Of a stretch of 64,000 bases of DNA, positions 11,919 through 18,734 are shown piece by piece. The position numbers and the translations under genes were made by a program. Under the pieces are notes generated by a model that was not told the origin of the DNA, did not search any database, and was given only the letters and a program-made list of their open reading frames with translations. This stretch comes from Pseudidiomarina sp. (lineage in GTDB: Bacteria > Pseudomonadota > Gammaproteobacteria > Enterobacterales > Alteromonadaceae): assembly GCA_048268755.1 (NCBI GenBank), contig JBLWUU010000002.1, positions 241,268 to 305,267 of the forward strand. Direction: 5' to 3'. How positions within the stretch are numbered: position 1 is the stretch's first letter; each line of letters begins with the position of its first letter.

Positions 11919-12012
11919 TCTGGATTCCCCGTGTTTTTGTAGTGCTTTCATTGTACTGGCATTGTCTGCGGGTGCGAGCCCATTCATCAGCTCATTCGCT
12001 GCGTTTGTCGCA

Positions 12013-12057
12013 ATCGGCTCAAATTGTGAGCCGAATAAGGGCGTGATTCGGCTCACA
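12013..12057. repeat. Three-arm inverted repeat in divergent intergenic region
   Basis: TGTGAGCCGAAT (12025-12036) / ATTCGGCTCACA (12046-12057) perfect 12-bp IR plus third arm ATCGGCTCA (12013-12021). Confidence 0.85.
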
Positions 12058-12111
12058 TTTTAGATAGAAATCCCTTACACTTATGCCATCACTCTGGACA
12101 ACGAGAGCACC

Positions 12112-13023
12112 ATGATTCAGCCCTTTTCGCAACTTTGCTGCCCTTTAGACAGCGCACCTTTAACGCTGAGCGACAAAACATGGCGCTGCGAACAAGGCCA
12201 TAGCTTCGATGTGGCAAAGCAAGGTTATGTGAATCTGTTGCCGGTGCAGAATAAGCGCTCGAAGGATCCGGGCGATAGTAAAGCCATGGTGCAGGCGCGC
12301 TCGCGCTTTCTCGGCGAAGGCTTTTATGCGCCATTGGCCGACGCTCTGGCAGCAACGGTCTTGGCTGCGCCTGCGGGGTCTTTGCTGGATGCGGGCTGTG
12401 GCGAGGGCTATTACCTGCGCCACGTGCTTGATACGGCGGCTTCCCACAATGCTGGAAAGAGCGTTGAAATGAGCGCTGCCGCGTTAGATATTTCCAAATG
12501 GGCGGTGCAAGCCGCCGCAAAACGCGATTCTCGCGTGTCGTGGTTGGTTGCCTCGAATAGCAGTATTCCAGTGCCCGATAGCAGCATCGATACAATCTTG
12601 TGCGTGTTTGGCTTTCCGGTCGAAAGCGAATTCAAACGTGTGCTGAGTGACAGCGGCCGGCTCATTATGGTCGACCCAGCACCGGAGCACTTAGCTGAGC
12701 TCAAGCAGGTGATTTACGACGAAGTGAAAGAGAAGCCGTCGAACTTGCCGGTTTCTGAAAAGTGGCAACTGGTGTCTGAACAGCGCGTGACCTTCAGCGT
12801 TACATTACCCTCACGCGACGTCATTCACGATTTGCTCGCCATGACCCCGCATTTGTACCGCGCTTCCAGCGCCGGCCGCGAGCGTGCCGAAGCGTTGACG
12901 TCGCTGACCGTCACCGTCGATGTTTGGCTACGGGTGTTTAAAGGACACCCTCTGGCCGCAAGTCACCATGCAGGAATTTCACCACAAATACGACCTTGCC
13001 GTAGGTTGCAAATGACCACTTGA
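12112..13023 (+). CDS. rlmA: 23S rRNA m1G745-type methyltransferase (RlmA family)
   Basis: N-terminal Zn ribbon CP...C..GHSFD.AKQGYVNLL, PGDSKAMVQAR, LDAGCGEGYY, MTPH. Confidence 0.8.
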   Translation: MIQPFSQLCCPLDSAPLTLSDKTWRCEQGHSFDVAKQGYVNLLPVQNKRSKDPGDSKAMVQARSRFLGEGFYAPLADALAATVLAAPAGSLLDAGCGEGYYLRHVLDTAASHNAGKSVEMSAAALDISKWAVQAAAKRDSRVSWLVASNSSIPVPDSSIDTILCVFGFPVESEFKRVLSDSGRLIMVDPAPEHLAELKQVIYDEVKEKPSNLPVSEKWQLVSEQRVTFSVTLPSRDVIHDLLAMTPHLYRASSAGRERAEALTSLTVTVDVWLRVFKGHPLAASHHAGISPQIRPCRRLQMTT

Positions 13024-13210
13024 TACAGTCATTAAGTGCTTGCATTACCGCGTCATAGTCACCAAAGACTTGCGTACTCAATGTGTTAGTGATCACTTTC
13101 ACGTCTTCGTGTGCGCTGAGATGTGCATTAAGTTTCTCGATAAAGCCTTTAATCGGCTCGATGTAATCATCGGCGAGTGGATACTTGCTGATGTCGATGG
13201 TCAATTTCAT
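12938..13210 (-). CDS. YkoF/MTH1187-family thiamine/HMP-binding-like protein
   Basis: DISKYPL...TNTLSTQVFGDYD pattern; AAGGAAG upstream. Confidence 0.7.
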   Translation of the reverse strand: MKLTIDISKYPLADDYIEPIKGFIEKLNAHLSAHEDVKVITNTLSTQVFGDYDAVMQALNDCIKWSFATYGKVVFVVKFLHGDLRPEGVL

Positions 13211-13333
13211 CGTCTCACTTCCTTATACAGGTTAGTTTGTACGTTCTCGATAGCTTTGGTTTTCATTCAGCGAAAATAACATTAAGATGAAGCGTGCTCG
13301 CTGATTACCACTTTTAGGACCCGAATCTCTCGC

Positions 13334-14461
13334 ATGGATATTATCACTATTATCGTTCTCACGGGCCTGACCAATCTGACTTTTGCTTTATATAGTTGGC
13401 ATCAAGTCAGCAATCCTGAGTCGCACTTTGCATGCCGAGCATTTGCCTTAGCGCAGTTTATCAAGGCAGTTTCGTTTGTTCTTTACGCCATCTCGCTCTA
13501 TCACGGCTACGACCACTTACGTTTAATCGCGAATTTGCTTATTTTTATTGGCTGTTGGGCCGAGGTACGTTCTTACAATCAATTGGCGTCAGCGGGCATT
13601 AAATCTAGCTTTTTGTGGGCTGGAACTTTGGTGACATGTATGGTGTTTAGCTGGTTTCATTTCACCAGCGGTGATGGCCCCAACAACACCATGATTGTCA
13701 CTGCCTCGGTATTGCTGGTATTGCCGTTTGGGTCTAGCGCCTTTGCCCTTTACCAGCTTCTCAAACAGCATCCTGCTAGCGTATTCCCGCGAGTGTTATT
13801 TATCGTAAACGCCATGATCGGGCTATTTTGCTTTATCCGCGCTCCGCTCGCTGCCAGTGACTCAGCCTTCACCATGACCGGCTCCGTGGTGGTTAATGAG
13901 CTCTTTATTTTCGCCACTTTTTTACTTGGCCTTGGTAATGGAATTGGTTTCATCGGCTTTTTAAAGGAACGCTCCGATGAGCGTCTGAGCGTCCGTGCCA
14001 ACGTTGACTACTTAACCGGTATTTGCAACCGCCACTATTTTGAAAGTGTGGCCAAGGCCCACTTGCAAGCAGACGAAGATTTCACCCTCTACTTTCTCGA
14101 CATCGATAAATTTAAAGCTGTTAACGACAACTTTGGCCACGCCACTGGCGACGAAGTACTGCGTCTTTTTGGCAAGCTGCTTCGTAAACAACAAGAGCGC
14201 CACGACGGCGTTGTGGGTCGACTTGGAGGCGAAGAGTTTGGCATCATACTCAGGGGCAGCGCCAAAGCAAACCACGCCCCCATCATCCACAGATTACGCC
14301 AAGACTTCGCCATGCTAACAAAGAATAAACTTGGCTATCCTATGAGTTTCAGTTTGGGTTCTTGTGCAGCAAAGCAAGTTAACTCAGTCAGCGAGCTCAT
14401 GCGTAACGCAGACGTCTTATTGTACGACGCCAAGCGTCGTGTGCCGGAGAGTTCCAACTAG
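13334..14461 (+). CDS. Membrane-bound diguanylate cyclase
   Basis: Several N-terminal TM helices; DYLTG, DIDKFKAVNDNFGHATGD, RLGGEEF. Confidence 0.88.
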   Translation: MDIITIIVLTGLTNLTFALYSWHQVSNPESHFACRAFALAQFIKAVSFVLYAISLYHGYDHLRLIANLLIFIGCWAEVRSYNQLASAGIKSSFLWAGTLVTCMVFSWFHFTSGDGPNNTMIVTASVLLVLPFGSSAFALYQLLKQHPASVFPRVLFIVNAMIGLFCFIRAPLAASDSAFTMTGSVVVNELFIFATFLLGLGNGIGFIGFLKERSDERLSVRANVDYLTGICNRHYFESVAKAHLQADEDFTLYFLDIDKFKAVNDNFGHATGDEVLRLFGKLLRKQQERHDGVVGRLGGEEFGIILRGSAKANHAPIIHRLRQDFAMLTKNKLGYPMSFSLGSCAAKQVNSVSELMRNADVLLYDAKRRVPESSN

Positions 14462-15276
14462 ACCGTAAACTGCGGCATTGTAGTGTCCATTTGCTGAAGA
14501 TCATTAAAAGCAAAGAGCGGAAGATCATACAAGTCGGCGAAAACGTCGTAAATTTGCGCGGATGCCCGCATTACGTTTTTTAAATCAGGGTAAGCCGGCG
14601 ACATACGCATGTCATTGAGAGCTTTAACCGCAACTTTCACGCGCTCGTCAGGAACACAACACATGTGCCCCGGTATCGTTGGATAAATGCCTTGGCAGCG
14701 AAACTCGCGCAAAATTAATGGGATCTTGATTAAGATTTTTCTGCCGTTGGTGCCCAAACCTTCAATGTTGCGAAGCATTTGAGCGAAGGGCATAAAATCA
14801 TTTTGTCTGGCGCAATCGCTTAATGACTTTTCCAGTCTTTGCCAGTTCTGCGCAAGTAGCGAAATACTGGCATAGATATCATCACGAAACGCAATTTGTT
14901 TACGGCTTTCTGCATTGCAAATAGCATTCGAGACTGCAATCGCATCAGCCGCACGGTTTGCACGCTGAGTAGCTACAAAGCCTGAATCCAACCACATCTT
15001 CGGCTCATCTAGCCCACGCGTCCTTAGATGCGCAACAAAAAATGCCGAGTTCTCCCACGGACCCGAGCGCGACCACACCACGGCCAGCACATACAGTAAA
15101 AAACGATCACTTTCGTTGGCCAAATCAAGACTAAAAGTATCTTTCGCACCTTGCAGCTTAAAACCAAAGTTTGAGACCCAACCGGCATAAGTGCCATCGT
15201 CTTTAAGGGTGACATAAGGCAAAGAGTGCTTCGTCTGATGAAATGCTTCCATCAGCTCACCTACGGTGTTTATCAT
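14458..15276 (-). CDS. Hypothetical protein with HhH DNA-glycosylase-like motifs
   Basis: LRNIEGLG...KIPLILRE, VPDERV and YDLPLF segments; family assignment is inference. Confidence 0.6.
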   Translation of the reverse strand: MINTVGELMEAFHQTKHSLPYVTLKDDGTYAGWVSNFGFKLQGAKDTFSLDLANESDRFLLYVLAVVWSRSGPWENSAFFVAHLRTRGLDEPKMWLDSGFVATQRANRAADAIAVSNAICNAESRKQIAFRDDIYASISLLAQNWQRLEKSLSDCARQNDFMPFAQMLRNIEGLGTNGRKILIKIPLILREFRCQGIYPTIPGHMCCVPDERVKVAVKALNDMRMSPAYPDLKNVMRASAQIYDVFADLYDLPLFAFNDLQQMDTTMPQFTV

Positions 15277-15296
15277 CTAGTATTCGCTCCGCATTT

Positions 15297-15506
15297 TTAT
15301 TGTTTTTTAGCATCAGATAACAAGAATAGGGTTTGATCGCCATACCCCATCCATGACCCTGTACTCGCAGAAATAGTCTTATCGCTCTTCGGATCATACC
15401 AGCCAAGCAAGCGCGTGGGGTTTAAAGAGTAAACCTGTTTTACACCATTTGAAACCAAATTAAGCATGCCAATGGCAATGCCGTTTTTGTTGCGAATGTA
15501 TTGCAT
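15297..15506 (-). CDS. Small hypothetical beta-hairpin-repeat protein
   Basis: 69 aa, AGGGGG upstream, IRNKNG..IG / LLGWYDP / GSWMGYG pattern; 20 bp upstream of the next gene. Confidence 0.65.
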   Translation of the reverse strand: MQYIRNKNGIAIGMLNLVSNGVKQVYSLNPTRLLGWYDPKSDKTISASTGSWMGYGDQTLFLLSDAKKQ

Positions 15507-15590
15507 TGTGACCCCCTAATCATGAAGAGGTGGTCAGACTATCGCACTCGTGCGACAAATTATGTCGAGCGGAGGAAAACAGGAGGTGAA

Positions 15591-15609
15591 CCCGCAGTAG
15601 AACTGCGGG
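15591..15609 (-). terminator. GC-rich hairpin, possible terminator
   Basis: CCCGCAGT-AGA-ACTGCGGG perfect 8-bp stem; only a pyrimidine-rich, not clean U, tail on the minus strand. Confidence 0.45.
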
Positions 15610-15620
15610 CTACGTGGTGT

Positions 15621-15641
15621 TTATTCGATGTTTTGGATCTG
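15621..15641 (-). repeat. Second copy of the yicC 3' end (att-like)
   Basis: Minus strand CAGATCCAAAACATCGAATAA = QIQNIE-stop, versus CAAATTCAGAATATCGAGTGA at 16283-16303; all six differences are synonymous. Confidence 0.75.
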
Positions 15642-15653
15642 AATATAGAAAGG

Positions 15654-16049
15654 TTAATCTGAATTGCTTGAGTAACAATCGTAGAGTATGTCAGCAAACT
15701 GCTTTTCATCAATGGCGCCAAGCACCAAATCAACCATCGCATCAGCTAGTTGTTCGCGCTCAATCACGAGTTCATAGTCATTCAGCGCTAAATATTCGAG
15801 CGCAACCATTAAACCCGTGCGCTTGTTAGCATCCGACAAAGCATGCGCTTGTGCGATGACCAAAGCATATTTTGCTGCAATTTCAAACACGTCATCTAAG
15901 CCTTCATAGCTTATTGCGTTATCAATTCTAGCTAGGGCGCCCTCGAGTTTACCTTTATCTGGAGCGCCCTTATTACCTGGCTCGGTCGCTAAAATAAAGG
16001 CATTAATTTCAATGACCCGAGATGACGGGAAATGAATAAGTTGCATCAC
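15654..16049 (-). CDS. doc: Doc (death-on-curing) / Fic-family toxin
   Basis: HALSDANKRTG, similar to the P1 Doc motif HIFNDANKRT; start GTG 16049 or ATG 16046. Confidence 0.88.
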   Translation of the reverse strand: MMQLIHFPSSRVIEINAFILATEPGNKGAPDKGKLEGALARIDNAISYEGLDDVFEIAAKYALVIAQAHALSDANKRTGLMVALEYLALNDYELVIEREQLADAMVDLVLGAIDEKQFADILYDCYSSNSD

Positions 16050-16219
16050 ATGGACGCCAAACGTTTAAAGGTCTTGTTGTGCTGTGCGAGGATGATTCGA
16101 GCTTCAGCATAAACCAAACGTTTGCCTTCCGGCGAATCCAGATTGAGTTGTTTAACCGGTTTAATCTTCGGCCGACGAACTGGTTTATTTACGCCATACT
16201 TTGCGAGTTTATTTTCCAT
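16046..16219 (-). CDS. Putative antitoxin of Doc (57 aa, not in ORF track)
   Basis: Manual translation MENKLAKYGVNKPVRRPKIKPVKQLNLDSPEGKRLVYAEARIILAQHNKTFKRLASM; GGAAGG RBS; TGA stop overlaps doc start. Confidence 0.8.
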   Translation of the reverse strand: MENKLAKYGVNKPVRRPKIKPVKQLNLDSPEGKRLVYAEARIILAQHNKTFKRLASM

Positions 16220-16282
16220 TTTAACCTTCCGATCCTAAGCAAAATCGAACTGAATAAATCATAGTAGAACACAACAGATATA

Positions 16283-17146
16283 TCACTCGATATTCTGAAT
16301 TTGCTCGCGCATCTGCTCAATCAACACCTTCAATTCCACCGCAGCGTTGGTAATGTCCGTGTTGATGGACTTCGAACCAAGGGTGTTCGCTTCACGGTTG
16401 AATTCTTGCATCATGAAGTCGAGGCGACGGCCGCAGGCGCCGCCTTTGCGCAAAATTTTGCGGGTTTCGACGACGTGGGTGTCGAGGCGGTCGAGTTCTT
16501 CGGCGACGTCGGTTTTCTGCGCCAGCATGACCATTTCTGATTCGAGGCGTTGTGGATCGAGTTCGACTTTTGCATCGGCAAGACGGGTAAGTAAGCGCTC
16601 ACGTTGCCACTCCAAAACTTCTGGCATGCGTTTGCGTACTACGGACACTTGCTCTGAGACACCCTCTAAGCGCTCTTCAATTAAACGCTCTAGGGCTTTA
16701 CCTTCGCTTTGACGGTTGCCAATGAACTCAGCGACGGCAGCGTCAAAGGCGGCAACCACGTCATTTTGCATGGCGTCCATGTCGGCTTCGTCTTGCGCCA
16801 CCACGCCCGGCCAACGTAGCACATCAATTGGGTTCAATTGCGCAGAAGCACTTTGGTTCGCAATCCAGTTCGCGCTTGAAATGACGCTTTTCGCCAACTC
16901 TTCGTTCAACTGTAATGCACCTTCGGCTTGCTCGTTGAAGCTTACACGAAGATTGGACTCGACTTTGCCGCGCTGCAGTTGCTTGCGTAATTTTTCGCGC
17001 AGCATGTTTTCCATGCCACGGAATTGCTCAGGCATACGGAAGTAGGTCTCCAAAAAGCGCTGGTTTACCGAACGAAGTTCCCACGTCACGGTGCCCCAAT
17101 CAGCTTTGTGTTCGTGGCGGGCATAACCGGTCATACTTTGAATCAT
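16283..17146 (-). CDS. yicC: YicC/YloC-family endoribonuclease
   Basis: MIQSMTGYAR, GRRLDFMMQEFNREANTLGSKS, REQIQNIE; divergent from rph. Confidence 0.95.
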   Translation of the reverse strand: MIQSMTGYARHEHKADWGTVTWELRSVNQRFLETYFRMPEQFRGMENMLREKLRKQLQRGKVESNLRVSFNEQAEGALQLNEELAKSVISSANWIANQSASAQLNPIDVLRWPGVVAQDEADMDAMQNDVVAAFDAAVAEFIGNRQSEGKALERLIEERLEGVSEQVSVVRKRMPEVLEWQRERLLTRLADAKVELDPQRLESEMVMLAQKTDVAEELDRLDTHVVETRKILRKGGACGRRLDFMMQEFNREANTLGSKSINTDITNAAVELKVLIEQMREQIQNIE

Positions 17147-17311
17147 AACGGTACTCTCTTAACTTGAATTGGCGCTAGTTTAGCATTGTTTCGCGTTCGG
17201 CAAAATTCGGTGTTGGCTAAGCGAGTAGGCAAGACAGAATTTCACATTCACATCTGATATAATCGCCGCCACTTATTTTTTCCTCAAAACAAGCCGCAAA
17301 AGGAGCCAGCC

Positions 17312-18025
17312 ATGCGTCCAAGTGGTCGTACTGCCCAACAAATTCGTCCGGTGACCATCACCCGGAATTACACCCGCCACGCCGAAGGCTCAGTTTTGAT
17401 CGAGTTCGGTGATACCAAAGTGCTGTGTACTGCCAGCGTCGATCGCAATGTACCGCGCTTCTTGAAAGGCAAAGGCCAAGGCTGGGTGACGGCGGAATAC
17501 GGCATGTTGCCACGTTCAACGCACAGCCGCATGGATCGTGAAGCGGCACGAGGCAAACAAGGTGGCCGCACGGTTGAAATCCAACGTTTGATTGGTCGCT
17601 CATTGCGCGCTTGTGTTGACCTCGCAGCGCTGGGCGAGAACACTATCACCATAGATTGTGACGTGCTGCAAGCTGACGGCGGTACGCGTACGGCTTCGAT
17701 CACTGGTGCTTGCGTCGCATTGGTAGACGCGTTGAATTGGATGCGTAAACAAGGATTAGTGAAAACTAATCCATTAAAAGGCTTAGTCGCCGCCATTTCA
17801 GTCGGTATGTACAACGGCCACCCGGTAGCCGACCTTGATTACCCAGAAGACTCGAAAGCCGAGACCGACATGAACGTGGTCATGACCGAAGCTGGCAAAC
17901 TCATCGAAGTGCAAGGTACCGCCGAAGGCGAACCGTTCTCGTTTGAGGAAATGAACGAGATGCTCGGCCTCGCCCGCCATGCCATCCGCGAGCTGATGGA
18001 CTTGCAGAAGCAAGCGTTGGCCTAA
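17312..18025 (+). CDS. rph: Ribonuclease PH
   Basis: [25 protein letters not shown]. Confidence 0.98.
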   Translation: MRPSGRTAQQIRPVTITRNYTRHAEGSVLIEFGDTKVLCTASVDRNVPRFLKGKGQGWVTAEYGMLPRSTHSRMDREAARGKQGGRTVEIQRLIGRSLRACVDLAALGENTITIDCDVLQADGGTRTASITGACVALVDALNWMRKQGLVKTNPLKGLVAAISVGMYNGHPVADLDYPEDSKAETDMNVVMTEAGKLIEVQGTAEGEPFSFEEMNEMLGLARHAIRELMDLQKQALA

Positions 18026-18037
18026 CATTATTGTTTT

Positions 18038-18068
18038 TCAAACATCGAACAGCAAATAGCGAGCAACG
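18038..18068 (+). repeat. 4x heptamer element, copy A (rph-pyrE spacer)
   Basis: TCAAACA TCGAACA GCAAATA GCGAGCA ACG. Confidence 0.7.
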
Positions 18069-18074
18069 GGTCCC

Positions 18075-18719
18075 ATGAAACAGTACCAAAAAGATTTTAT
18101 TAGCTTCGCCATTGACCGTGGCGTTCTGAAATTCGGCGAATTCACTTTGAAGTCGGGCCGTACCAGCCCTTACTTTTTCAATGCCGGCTTGTTTAATCAC
18201 GGCGCTGATTTGGCCAAGCTGGGCCGTTTCTATGCTGCGGCATTGCAAGACAGCGCGGTCGATTACGATGTGTTGTTTGGCCCCGCCTACAAAGGTATTC
18301 CGATTGCGACGGCAGCTGCAATTGCACTGTATGACACGTATCAAAAAGACGTACCGTATTGCTTTAATCGCAAAGAAAAGAAAGACCACGGCGAAGGCGG
18401 CAACCTTGTGGGTTCGCCGTTGCAAGGTAAAGTGATGTTGGTGGACGATGTGATCACTGCCGGAACCGCGATTCGTGAGTCGATGGAAATTGTGCAAGCG
18501 AACAATGCTGAGTTGGCGGGCGTGCTGATTGCACTGGACCGCCAAGAAAAAGGTAAAGGCGAGCTAAGTGCGATTCAAGAAGTCGAACAAGACTTCGGCA
18601 CCAAAGTGGTGAGCATCGTCAAACTCAATGATGTTATTGAGTACTTAAAAGATAGCCCCGAGTTGGCTGAGCATCTCGAGGCTGTCAAAGCTTATCGTGC
18701 ACAATACGGCGTGGCTTAA
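18075..18719 (+). CDS. pyrE: Orotate phosphoribosyltransferase
   Basis: [31 protein letters not shown]. Confidence 0.98.
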   Translation: MKQYQKDFISFAIDRGVLKFGEFTLKSGRTSPYFFNAGLFNHGADLAKLGRFYAAALQDSAVDYDVLFGPAYKGIPIATAAAIALYDTYQKDVPYCFNRKEKKDHGEGGNLVGSPLQGKVMLVDDVITAGTAIRESMEIVQANNAELAGVLIALDRQEKGKGELSAIQEVEQDFGTKVVSIVKLNDVIEYLKDSPELAEHLEAVKAYRAQYGVA

Positions 18720-18734
18720 ACCACGCCGCCGCTC

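Larger units (their letters stand above)
15621..16303. mobile_element. Putative island remnant at yicC 3' end carrying only a TA module
   Basis: Bracketed by two QIQNIE-stop copies; no integrase present. Confidence 0.55.

Noticed and set aside
12022-12038. AATTGTGAGCCGAATAA resembling the lac operator
   Set aside because: Match covers only part of lacO, belongs to a different palindrome, and there is no vector or lac context.
13211-13333. TPP riboswitch upstream of the YkoF-like gene
   Set aside because: Conserved aptamer segments not found by eye on either strand.
15507-16282. Integron cassette with attC site around the Doc module
   Set aside because: No RYYYAAC...GTTRRRY paired ends or attC-like long imperfect palindrome found after doc.
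14458-16303. Complete mobilisable genomic island or prophage at yicC
   Set aside because: No integrase, RDF or other core gene is present; only a remnant can be supported.
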